A DNA stretch of 61,934 bases from Patescibacteria group bacterium (GTDB lineage Bacteria; Patescibacteriota; Patescibacteriia; Magasanikbacterales; GWA2-37-8): contig JAQTYG010000004.1 of assembly GCA_028688375.1 (NCBI GenBank), forward strand, positions 1 to 61,934, in the 5' to 3' direction. The notes under the pieces were generated by a model. That model searched no databases and was not told the DNA's origin. It worked only from the letters and a program-made list of their open reading frames with translations. Within the stretch, counting starts at the first letter, position 1. Every line of letters starts with the position of its first letter. Positions 10,009 to 18,170 of this stretch are shown piece by piece. Position numbers and translations under genes: made by a program.

Positions 10009-11247
10009 TTACTGATATAAAGGAAATTTTTTTGTCAGGTCAATGACCTGATTTTTTATTTCCGCCAATCGTGTTTCATCTTGCCAATTAATAATCGCTT
10101 CGTCAATCCAGCCGGCGATTTGGCGCATTTCATTTTCTTTCATGCCCCGAGTGGTCAGCGCCGGCGTACCCAGGCGAATGCCGGAGGGATCCATGGGTGA
10201 ACGCGGGTCGTTCGGCACCATATTTTTATTGACGGTAATGCCGGCTTTATCCAAAGCGGCTTGCGCTTCTTGGCCGGAAATATTTTTGTTGGTTAAGTCA
10301 AGCAACAACAGGTGGTTGTCGGTTTGACCGAAACAAATTTTATAATCGCGTTTTTTTAATTCTTCTTCTAAAGTTTTTGCGTTAACCAAAATTTGTTTGG
10401 CATATTCTTTAAATTCCGGTTCCAGCGCTTCTTTGAAGGCGACGGCTTTGGCGGCGATATTATTTTCGTGCGGTCCGCCCTGGAAACCCGGGAAAACTGA
10501 TTTATCAATCGCTTTGGCGAATTTTTCTTTGCACATAATCATGCCGCCGCGCGGGCCACGTAGAGTTTTGTGGGTGGTGGTGGTGACGATGTCAAAAATC
10601 GGCACGGGATTAGCCATCGCTCCACCGGCGATTAATCCGGCGATATGGGCGATATCAGCCATGGTCACGGCGCCGACTTCGTCGGCGATGTCTTTGATTT
10701 TTTGCCAATCGATAATTCGCGAGTAGGCGCTGTAGCCGACCAAAATAATTTTTGGTTTGTGTGCCAGAGCAGTGGCGCGCAGTTCGTCATAATTAATCAA
10801 ACCATCAGCGCCGGTGCCATAGCGGATAAAATTAAACAACTTGGCCATGTAGGTGACGGGGTGGCCGTGAGTCAGATGCCCGCCGTGCGCCAGATCCATG
10901 CCGAGCACGGTGTCGCCCGGCTGGAGCAGGGCGAAATACACGGCGATATTAGCTGGCGCGCCGGAAAGGGGCTGAACATTGACGTGTTCGGCGCCAAACA
11001 ACTGCTTGGCCCGTTCAATCACTAGCGTTTCCACTTCGTCGATGTACTCGCACCCACCATAATAGCGTTTGCCTGGATAACCTTCGGAATATTTATTGGT
11101 GGCCACCGAGCCGAGCGCTTCCAGCACCGCCGGCGAGACAAAATTTTCCGACGGGATCATTTCCAGTCCGGTTTCTTGTCGTTGTTTTTCTTTCTCGATA
11201 GCGACGTATACTTCCGAATCAAATTTTTCCAGATTTTGTTGGTGCAT
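10009..11247 (-). CDS. glyA: Serine hydroxymethyltransferase
   Basis: HLTHGH motif and the PLP-lysine motif [14 protein letters not shown]. Confidence 0.95.
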   Translation of the reverse strand: MHQQNLEKFDSEVYVAIEKEKQRQETGLEMIPSENFVSPAVLEALGSVATNKYSEGYPGKRYYGGCEYIDEVETLVIERAKQLFGAEHVNVQPLSGAPANIAVYFALLQPGDTVLGMDLAHGGHLTHGHPVTYMAKLFNFIRYGTGADGLINYDELRATALAHKPKIILVGYSAYSRIIDWQKIKDIADEVGAVTMADIAHIAGLIAGGAMANPVPIFDIVTTTTHKTLRGPRGGMIMCKEKFAKAIDKSVFPGFQGGPHENNIAAKAVAFKEALEPEFKEYAKQILVNAKTLEEELKKRDYKICFGQTDNHLLLLDLTNKNISGQEAQAALDKAGITVNKNMVPNDPRSPMDPSGIRLGTPALTTRGMKENEMRQIAGWIDEAIINWQDETRLAEIKNQVIDLTKKFPLYQ

Positions 11248-11259
11248 ATATTTTTTTCT

Positions 11260-12903
11260 TTAAATTTTCTTTATCATATAAGTATTTATTAAGTTGTAGC
11301 CCAATTTTCGGTAATAATCGCGTACGCCCGCGCCGGAAATCACGGCCAGTTCTGGTATTTTATTCTTTTTACAGATTTTTTCAACCTCGACCAATAATTT
11401 TTTGCCTAATCCGCGATGTTGCGAATCGCGGGTATTTTTTGTCCCTACCGCCAGCGATTGTCCGTAAGTGTGCAATTCGCGGAGGAAGGCGGGGTAGTTC
11501 GCAGTTCGCAGTTCGCAGTTCACAGGTCTGCGATTGTTGGGGCAAATTCGTAATCGGCAAAAGGCGTAGACAACCGCTCTCTTCGTATCCTCATAACTCA
11601 AAAAATACTCGGTTCCGCCGTTCGCTTCGTACTTGTCAATAAATAGTTTCGGCGTGAACTGTGAACTATGAACTGTGAACTGGTCTTGATGTCCCACCTC
11701 CCGGCATCTCAAACAATTACAGCGCAAACCGCGACGTGCCATCTCCGCTTGAATCACCTGGCGCAAATTAGTCATCCGGTTGCCGGCGACAATGTGGTGG
11801 CCGGGGATATCGCGTATCACCCGCGAAATGCGGACATAGCGGGGGACGCGGGTTTTGAAATTTATAATCAATTCCACTAATTTTTTATCACTATACGGTT
11901 TATATTTCCCCGACTTGACCCAACGATAAAGCGGAGAATTTTTTACCGCCGTGCAGGGATAGATTTTAATCATATCCGGGCGATAGGCGGAATTGGAAAA
12001 AATTTCCGCCAACATTTTGGCGTCTTTGGCCGGCGTCGCCCCCGGTAGTTGCGGCATCAAGTGGTAGTCAACCTTGAAGCCGTAATTTTTTAACAAAGCG
12101 GTGGCGCGGATTGTTTCAGCCGTGCCATGCCCGCGTTTTATCAATTTTAAAATTTTATCGTCGGTAGTTTGGACGCCGAGCTCCACCCGGGTGCAACCCA
12201 ATTCGCGCATCGCCAAAACATTTTTCTCCGTCACATGATCCGGCCGTGTCTCCAGCGTCAAGCCGACAATTCGGTGATTGGCGATTTCGTTATTTTTTTG
12301 TTCGTCGGTCAATCTTATTTTAAGTTCACTAATTTTAATTTTTTCCGCCAGAGGCGGATCCGCCTTGGGAGGAGATTTTTGATTTTTCGCGTTACACGCG
12401 ATGAAGCATCTCAAAATAAACCAGTATTGATAAGACAGGGGATAGGCGTTCCAAGTTCCGCCTTTGACGATCAATTCAATTTTGTCGGTCGGGTGGCCGT
12501 TTTTTTTCAACACATCAATTCTGACGCGAACTTGTTCATACGGGTCGAAACGTAAAGCCAGCGCCCGCGCCGCCGCCGGTTCATCGGCCAGATAACTTTT
12601 GGGCATGGATTTTTCATCCGGACAATAAATGCAAGCTCCCGGGCAGGAATGCGGTTTTGTCAAAACAGTAATAATAGAAACGCCGGACAACGTCCGCACC
12701 GCCCGCTTGGTCAAGAGCGCCTCCAGTTCCTTGTTTTTCTTTTTTAATTTGTGGTATGCTTTAAGCAGTTCGGCCGTGGTCGGGAAATTAGCGCCTTGGC
12801 CGTCGGCGCGCAAAATCCGCCGCTTCAATTCATTGAATTGCTCAACGTCGGTCGGCCGTTTTTTTAAGGCCGCCAAGATGATTTCTTTCGCGATATTTGC
12901 CAT
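11260..12903 (-). CDS. elp3: Elp3-family radical-SAM/GNAT tRNA U34 modification enzyme
   Basis: Radical-SAM cysteine cluster CPGACIYCP, RELHTYG, and GNAT acetyl-CoA motif QHRGLGKKLL. 547 aa, as for archaeal and bacterial Elp3. Confidence 0.85.
   Translation of the reverse strand: MANIAKEIILAALKKRPTDVEQFNELKRRILRADGQGANFPTTAELLKAYHKLKKKNKELEALLTKRAVRTLSGVSIITVLTKPHSCPGACIYCPDEKSMPKSYLADEPAAARALALRFDPYEQVRVRIDVLKKNGHPTDKIELIVKGGTWNAYPLSYQYWFILRCFIACNAKNQKSPPKADPPLAEKIKISELKIRLTDEQKNNEIANHRIVGLTLETRPDHVTEKNVLAMRELGCTRVELGVQTTDDKILKLIKRGHGTAETIRATALLKNYGFKVDYHLMPQLPGATPAKDAKMLAEIFSNSAYRPDMIKIYPCTAVKNSPLYRWVKSGKYKPYSDKKLVELIINFKTRVPRYVRISRVIRDIPGHHIVAGNRMTNLRQVIQAEMARRGLRCNCLRCREVGHQDQFTVHSSQFTPKLFIDKYEANGGTEYFLSYEDTKRAVVYAFCRLRICPNNRRPVNCELRTANYPAFLRELHTYGQSLAVGTKNTRDSQHRGLGKKLLVEVEKICKKNKIPELAVISGAGVRDYYRKLGYNLINTYMIKKI
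11496..11523. repeat. Heptamer array (AGTTCGC)x3 + AGTTCAC inside elp3
   Basis: Read directly. Four contiguous 7-nt units. Confidence 0.9.
11654..11681. repeat. Inverted heptamer array GTGAACT GTGAACT ATGAACT GTGAACT inside elp3
   Basis: Read directly. It is the reverse complement of the CAGTTCR family and lies 130 nt from the first array. Confidence 0.9.
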
Positions 12904-12905
12904 AT

Positions 12906-13640
12906 ATGAATAATGCTAAAGCTCTCCAAATTATACGTAAAACTCGGGCAATTTACAATACCATCGCCCGGGAATGGGATACCAGCCGTTTTGGACCCAG
13001 CCGCCTGAAAAATAGCCTGCTTAAAGGCCTAAAATCGGGCTGTAAAGCCCTGGATATCGGTTGTGGCAACGGAATGATGGCCGGGCCGGTTTTAGCGCGT
13101 GGAGCCCGATATTACGGTCTGGACATCTCAGCAAAATTGATCGCCATTGCCAGAAAAAAAAATAGGGGACTCGTCAAAACCGGCCGAGCTAAATTTGTGG
13201 TGGGCGATGCTTTGAAATTGCCGTACAAAAATAATTTTTTTGATTTTATTTTTTCCTTTGCCGTTTGGCATCATATCCCGTCGGAAAAAAACAGAGTTAA
13301 GTTTTTAGCGGAAATTTTTCGCGTGCTTAAACCGGGTGGCACAGCGGTGGTGGTAAATTGGAATCTGAACAATCCTTGGCCGAAGAAAAGATTTAAAATT
13401 GCCGAACAATTAAAAAATCCGGCGCCGGGTTTTGATCCGGGCGATGTGCAAGTGCCATGGAAGGCGACAAAAGAAAAAATTTTAATGCGCTATCTGCACC
13501 TTTTTTCCGATAGCGAACTCCGTCGTCTGATTAAAATGGCCGGAGGACAATCATATCGGATTGAATATCAAACCCGCGACGGAAAAAAGAAAAAAAATGG
13601 CGAGGAACAAGTGATAAAATTTAAAAAACACCCCGTTTAA
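12906..13640 (+). CDS. Trm9-like class I SAM-dependent (tRNA mcm5U-type) methyltransferase
   Basis: DIGCGNG SAM motif. Block-by-block resemblance to yeast Trm9 as I remember it: IYNTIAREWDTSR, FDFIFSFAVWHHIPSEKNRVKFLAEIFRVLKPGG, DVQVPWK, MRYLHLFSDSEL. ATG 12906 lies 2 nt from the elp3 start codon on the other strand. Confidence 0.7.
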   Translation: MNNAKALQIIRKTRAIYNTIAREWDTSRFGPSRLKNSLLKGLKSGCKALDIGCGNGMMAGPVLARGARYYGLDISAKLIAIARKKNRGLVKTGRAKFVVGDALKLPYKNNFFDFIFSFAVWHHIPSEKNRVKFLAEIFRVLKPGGTAVVVNWNLNNPWPKKRFKIAEQLKNPAPGFDPGDVQVPWKATKEKILMRYLHLFSDSELRRLIKMAGGQSYRIEYQTRDGKKKKNGEEQVIKFKKHPV

Positions 13641-13654
13641 CGGGGTGTTTTTTT
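13623..13654. terminator. Bidirectional terminator between the methyltransferase and GT4 genes
   Basis: ACACCCCG-tttaa-CGGGGTGT with A-run and T-run flanks. The stop codon sits in the loop. Confidence 0.7.
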
Positions 13655-14810
13655 AAGCTGTTTGTAATTTTTTCAAGGTTTTATCAATTGTCGGCGCGCG
13701 GTAAATTTCCGCGGTTTTTTTGGCGATGTTGCTCCATTGATAAAATCGTTCCACGGTTTTCAGGTTTTTTTGGCCGGCTTCTGCCAACAGCGCCGGATTT
13801 TTTATCAGCTCCACGATTCTTTCCGCCAGCGAATAGGTTGAAGTGTTCATAAACCAAAATCGGCTGTCGTTAATCACTTCCTGGTGTTCGGCGATATCCG
13901 AGACCAGAGCCGGACGACCGAAGCCCATGGCTTGAAGCACGGTAATCGGCAAGCCTTCATTTTCCGACGGATGGACCAGCATCGTACAGTTGGCATAGAG
14001 CGCGTTTAACGCCTCGCCATTTTGCCAGTCGGTGAAAATTACAGTTTGGTCGTGACCGGCGAGCTGGCGCAAATATTTTACGTAATCATCGGTAAACGAA
14101 CTCCCGCCGACAATCACCAGCTGATAATCACGCGTTAATTCCGGATAATCGCGCCGCGCTGATTGCCAGGCGTCAATTAAATAATGCGCGCCTTTGTGTT
14201 TGACCAAACGCGACACCATTAGCAAATATTTTCCCGGCGTTAAATTCCATTTAGCCAAAGATTTAGCGCCCGGATTGTCTTCGATGGTCACGCCATTTGG
14301 ATTGTGAACGGTATTTTTATTAAATTCGTTAAGACAATATTTTTGGATCACTTTGGAAACGCCGATGGTTTGGTGCGGAAAAACGCAAGCGGCTTTTTCG
14401 CCGAGCGCCAGCATGATGCGGGCGAATAAACCCCATTTTTGGTGGTAGCGGTCAATGCAGTGAAAAGTGGCGATTACTTTAATTTTGGGAGCGAACAAAC
14501 GGGGGATCCAAGACAGTAAAGACGGACCGACGCCGTGATAATGGATGACATCGGGTTTTTGGAATAACGCGTGGATGGTCGCGGTAAAAGTATGCGCGAT
14601 CGCGTCCAAATGTTTAGTGCGGATGGTCGGAGCGTAAAGAATCTTAATCCCGCGATGTTCTTTGAGCGTGTCGGGCGTATACCACTTTCGGGCATAAGCA
14701 AAAACCTCGTGGCCTTGTTTCACGAGTTCAGCGGCCAATTCCTCCACGTGGCGTTCAATACCACCGTAGACGGCCGGAATGCCTTTTTGTCCAATGAATA
14801 TGATTTTCAT
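13653..14810 (-). CDS. Family 4 (GT-B) glycosyltransferase
   Basis: MKIIFIGQKGIPAVYGGIERHVEEL N-terminus and the E-x7-E region PSENEGLPITVLQAMGFG. I chose the start at the Met after the 11-aa extension in the track. Confidence 0.8.
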   Translation of the reverse strand: MKIIFIGQKGIPAVYGGIERHVEELAAELVKQGHEVFAYARKWYTPDTLKEHRGIKILYAPTIRTKHLDAIAHTFTATIHALFQKPDVIHYHGVGPSLLSWIPRLFAPKIKVIATFHCIDRYHQKWGLFARIMLALGEKAACVFPHQTIGVSKVIQKYCLNEFNKNTVHNPNGVTIEDNPGAKSLAKWNLTPGKYLLMVSRLVKHKGAHYLIDAWQSARRDYPELTRDYQLVIVGGSSFTDDYVKYLRQLAGHDQTVIFTDWQNGEALNALYANCTMLVHPSENEGLPITVLQAMGFGRPALVSDIAEHQEVINDSRFWFMNTSTYSLAERIVELIKNPALLAEAGQKNLKTVERFYQWSNIAKKTAEIYRAPTIDKTLKKLQTA

Positions 14811-14915
14811 AGGAAATTTAAGGATAACTGTGAAATATAGCACATTTTAATGGTTTTGTCAACCTCTTCAAGCCGTTTGCCCTCGGACGTTGTTTATGTT
14901 AAAATATCAGCATCT

Positions 14916-15758
14916 ATGTTAATCGATGGCCGCAGAATTGCGGAGAAAATCAACAAAATCACTGCCGCGAAAGTGAAAAAGATATTGAAGCGCGGTTTTC
15001 GCCCCACGATAACCGTGTTTTTAGTTGGCCATCGGTCAGAATCGGAAATTTATGTCAGGCAAAAAGAAAGACTGGCCAAGAAACTGGGCTTTGGTTTTGA
15101 ACTTAAACGCCTGCCGGCCAAGGTCAAACAAAACGTTTTGATTGCGGCGATTTTACGTTTGCAACTCAAAAAAACCACCTCCGGCATCATCGTCCAATTA
15201 CCTTTGCCCAAGCACCTCGACCCCTACCAGGTGCTTTCGTGTTTGAAACCGGAAACAGACATTGACTGTTTATCCGATGTCAGTTTAGGGCGATTGATTT
15301 TAGCTAATCACATTGTGGAACCGCCGACGGCCGGCGCGGTGTTGGAAATTTTAAAAGATTTACGGATTAATTTGGCTGGCAAGAAAATTGTTGTCATCGG
15401 TTCCGGTCTTTTAGTCGGCAAGCCGTTGGTAATGTTGTTGATGAACGAACGAGCCACGGTGACCGTGGCCAACAAAGCGACCAAAGATTTAAGCGTGATT
15501 TGTCGTCAGGCCGATATTATTATTTCCGGCGCCGGTCAGAAAAATTTAATCAAACCGAATATGGTGAAAAAGGGCGCGGTGGTGATTGATGCCGGATTTT
15601 CTTTTCAACAGGGTAAAGCCTTCGGTGACGCCGATGTCGCCGGGCTAAATAAAAAAGGCGCGCGAGTTACGCCGACTCCGGGCGGTGTCGGGCCGATCAC
15701 CGTGGCCCGGTTGATGTACAACGCCGCCGTTTGCGCGGAGAAAAAATTAAAATTTTAA
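14916..15758 (+). CDS. folD: Bifunctional methylenetetrahydrofolate dehydrogenase/cyclohydrolase
   Basis: MLIDGRRIAEKI, VQLPLP and TPTPGGVGPITVA motifs. I prefer ATG 14916. Confidence 0.9.
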   Translation: MLIDGRRIAEKINKITAAKVKKILKRGFRPTITVFLVGHRSESEIYVRQKERLAKKLGFGFELKRLPAKVKQNVLIAAILRLQLKKTTSGIIVQLPLPKHLDPYQVLSCLKPETDIDCLSDVSLGRLILANHIVEPPTAGAVLEILKDLRINLAGKKIVVIGSGLLVGKPLVMLLMNERATVTVANKATKDLSVICRQADIIISGAGQKNLIKPNMVKKGAVVIDAGFSFQQGKAFGDADVAGLNKKGARVTPTPGGVGPITVARLMYNAAVCAEKKLKF

Positions 15759-15762
15759 TTTT

Positions 15763-16659
15763 ATGTGGTTAATCGTGGCATTAGCCGGTTTCACCATCGG
15801 CGCGGTCGTCAATATATTGGATAAATATGTTTTGGCTAAAACCATAAGCAAGCCGGTGGTGTTTGTTTTTTATTCCACGATTTTCGCTTTGATTTTTTTC
15901 TTGCTCACGCCACTAGCCGGCGGTTTGGTCGGCCTGTTTGATTATGCCGTGGCTGTTTTGGCCGGCGTTTGTTTTGTCGCCGGCTTATGGGCTTTATACA
16001 TTGGCACTCAAACCAGCGAGGTTAGCCATATCGGGCCATTGTCCGGCGCGGTTATTCCGATTTTCACTTTAATTTTAAGCAAAATAATTTTTACCGAGAA
16101 TTTTTCCAGCAATCAAATTATCGCCATCACGCTATTGGTGTTGGGCTCGTTGTCTATTTCCATGGAAAAAAGCGCGAAAAATAACGGTTTCCATCGCGGT
16201 TTGGCCTGGGGTATTTTAAGCGGTTTTTTATGGGCGATTTTCGCCGTCGCTTCCAAATATCTTTATAATACCTACGATTTTTTCACCGGTTTTGTTTGGA
16301 GCCAAGGCATGGTCGGGGCGGCCGCGGCCCTGTTGTTGCTGTCCCCGGCGGTGAGACACACATTTGCGCGTTCCGATAAAACATCCGCAGATAAAAACGG
16401 TAAAAAAATCGCGCTGGTGGTGTTTGATAAATTTCTCGGCTTGGTCTCTTTAATTTTAGTGCAGTACGCGGTAGCGCTGGGCAGTGTCACTTTGGTGTAC
16501 GCTTTAGCCGGCGTCCAGTATGCCTTGTTGGTGATTTTTGTTTTCTTGCTAAGCAAATTTATTCCGAAATTTTTTAAAGAAGACTACGCCCGCCTGGAAT
16601 TAGCACAAGAATTTTTTGCCGTATTATTAATCGCTGTCGGCCTGGCTTTGTTGGTTTAA
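15763..16659 (+). CDS. EamA/DMT-family transporter
   Basis: About 10 TM helices arranged as two similar halves. 298 aa. Confidence 0.65.
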   Translation: MWLIVALAGFTIGAVVNILDKYVLAKTISKPVVFVFYSTIFALIFFLLTPLAGGLVGLFDYAVAVLAGVCFVAGLWALYIGTQTSEVSHIGPLSGAVIPIFTLILSKIIFTENFSSNQIIAITLLVLGSLSISMEKSAKNNGFHRGLAWGILSGFLWAIFAVASKYLYNTYDFFTGFVWSQGMVGAAAALLLLSPAVRHTFARSDKTSADKNGKKIALVVFDKFLGLVSLILVQYAVALGSVTLVYALAGVQYALLVIFVFLLSKFIPKFFKEDYARLELAQEFFAVLLIAVGLALLV

Positions 16660-16671
16660 TTTTTTTATATT

Positions 16672-17670
16672 ATGTTCCGCCATAAAAAACTTATGATTGT
16701 CCTGATAATAATTTTAGCCTTGCTGTTGATTGGCGTGGTTATCCATTTTTGCACGCAGAAAAGAAACACGGCGCAAATTTACGGCACGAATTTCAACGAT
16801 GAATACGCCGCTTTTCTCGGGCTTGACCCGCACCAAACCTTTGCCACTCTTTTGGACGATTGGGGTTTTCGGTATATTCGTTTGGCGGTACAGTGGGATG
16901 TGGTGGAAGCGCAACGGGGGATTTATAATTTCTCCGAACTAAACTGGTACATGGACGAGGCGGCGAAGCGAGGAGCAAAAATAACTTTGGTGGTGGGACA
17001 AAAAATTCCGCGTTGGCCGGAGTGTCATCCGCCCAAGTGGGCGGCCTCGTTATCTGATGCCGAGTACCGCGCGGCGATTAAACAGCTGATTAAAAAATCG
17101 GTGGAACAATATAAAGACCATCCGGCGCTGGAAATATGGCAGGTGGAAAATGAACCCTATCTGGCTTTCGGCATTTGTCGAAAGTTTGATAAGAAAATGC
17201 TGGAGTCGGAAATTGCCATGGTGCGCTCCATTGACAGCGGACATAAAATTTTAATTACTGATAGCGGCGAACTCTCCATGTGGTGGAAAACGGCGCGTGC
17301 CGGCGATTATTTTGGCACTACGCTTTATCGCAATGTTTGGAATGAAAGCCTCGGCTATTTTTCTTACAGTTGGCTTTCGCCGATGTTTTATCGCGCTAAA
17401 TTATTTTTGACTGGGCAAAAAACGGCTAATACTTTTATTGCCGAATTACAGGCTGAACCGTGGGTGCCGGATTATGATATTAAGGCGTTGGCCCTGTCGG
17501 AACAATACAAAACAATGACTCCGTCCAATTTTAAGGCCAATGTGGACTATGCGCAGAGAGTCGGTTTCCCGCGCGCTTATCTTTGGGGCGCGGAATGGTG
17601 GTATTGGATGAAAGAAGTAAAAGGCGTGTCCGATTTTGTGGATTTTGCGAAGACGCTAAAAAAGGAATGA
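16672..17670 (+). CDS. Membrane-anchored clan GH-A (TIM-barrel) glycoside hydrolase-like protein
   Basis: N-terminal TM helix. The WQVENEP acid/base motif is typical of GH-A families. Substrate unknown. Confidence 0.55.
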   Translation: MFRHKKLMIVLIIILALLLIGVVIHFCTQKRNTAQIYGTNFNDEYAAFLGLDPHQTFATLLDDWGFRYIRLAVQWDVVEAQRGIYNFSELNWYMDEAAKRGAKITLVVGQKIPRWPECHPPKWAASLSDAEYRAAIKQLIKKSVEQYKDHPALEIWQVENEPYLAFGICRKFDKKMLESEIAMVRSIDSGHKILITDSGELSMWWKTARAGDYFGTTLYRNVWNESLGYFSYSWLSPMFYRAKLFLTGQKTANTFIAELQAEPWVPDYDIKALALSEQYKTMTPSNFKANVDYAQRVGFPRAYLWGAEWWYWMKEVKGVSDFVDFAKTLKKE

Positions 17671-17678
17671 ATTTTTTT

Positions 17679-17802
17679 AGGGCGTGTCAGACATTTGTTT
17701 CGGACCCGGGTCGGCTCGTTTGCGAACTCGCCGCCCTTACGCTCGTTCCGGCTTTGACGCCGGAACTCCGCGATGATCCTCAACAAAAATCTGACACGCC
17801 CT
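17679..17802. repeat. GC-rich structured repeat E1 (21-bp terminal inverted repeats)
   Basis: AGGGCGTGTCAGACATTTGTT ... AACAAAAATCTGACACGCCCT. The core CGCCCTTACGCTCGT-hairpin(loop TTTGAC)-ACTCCGCGA is shared with 20011..20147. Confidence 0.7.
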
Positions 17803-17809
17803 TAAACGA

Positions 17810-17838
17810 TTGACTTTTTGGAAATTTTGTGTTAGTAT
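17810..17838 (+). promoter_or_regulatory. Sigma70-like promoter upstream of the tRNA-Val locus
   Basis: TTGACT, 17 nt, TAGTAT. The predicted start is about 5 nt before the pseudo-tRNA fragment. Confidence 0.45.
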
Positions 17839-17850
17839 TCTCAGAAATTA

Positions 17851-17937
17851 GGGTGTTTAGCTCAGCCCCGACGCCCCGCCGCAAGGTCGGGGTCGGGGTC
17901 CCGACTCCGCCCAAAGGCGGACGTCGGGATTGGTTAG
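17851..17937 (+). pseudogene. tRNA-Val 5' fragment interrupted by a 64-bp GC-rich hairpin insert
   Basis: GGGTGTTTAGCTCAG (17851-17865) and TTGGTTAG (17930-17937) together equal nt 1-23 of the downstream tRNA-Val. They are split in the D-loop by CCCCGAC..GTCGGGG and TCCCGAC-TCCGCC-caaa-GGCGGA-CGTCGGGA hairpins. Confidence 0.6.
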
Positions 17938-17952
17938 TACATAATTTATTTT

Positions 17953-18026
17953 GGGTGTTTAGCTCAGTTGGTTAGAGCATCGCGTTTACATCGCGAGGGT
18001 CGTGGGTTCGAATCCCCCAACACCCA
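17953..18026 (+). tRNA. tRNA-Val (anticodon UAC)
   Basis: Manual cloverleaf: acceptor GGGTGTT/AACACCC, D-arm GCTC/GAGC, anticodon stem TCGCG/CGCGA with loop TTTACAT, T-loop TTCGAAT. One T-stem mismatch. CCA is not encoded. Confidence 0.88.
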
Positions 18027-18031
18027 CATGA

Positions 18032-18059
18032 GCGACTAAATAGTTTTAGTCGTTTTTTG
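18032..18059 (+). terminator. Terminator after tRNA-Val
   Basis: GCGACTAAA-tagt-TTTAGTCGT followed by TTTTTGTTTTT. Confidence 0.6.
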
Positions 18060-18072
18060 TTTTTGATTATAT

Positions 18073-18099
18073 TTGACAGCGCAAATAAAATGCTATATC
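18073..18099 (+). promoter_or_regulatory. Promoter of the 18171 gene
   Basis: TTGACA, 15 nt, TGcTATATC (extended -10). A GCTACC-aaaa-TGGTAGC hairpin and an AGGAAGG SD follow. Confidence 0.45.
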
Positions 18100-18170
18100 G
18101 TGTCATAAGTTATGGGTTCTGTTCTTTTCAAAAATCGCTACCAAAATGGTAGCAGAAAGGAAGGCTGACA

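Noticed and set aside
17583-17813. 76-aa ORF across repeat E1
   Set aside because: It runs through a palindromic repeat and overlaps the 3' end of the GH gene, so it is a repeat translation artefact.
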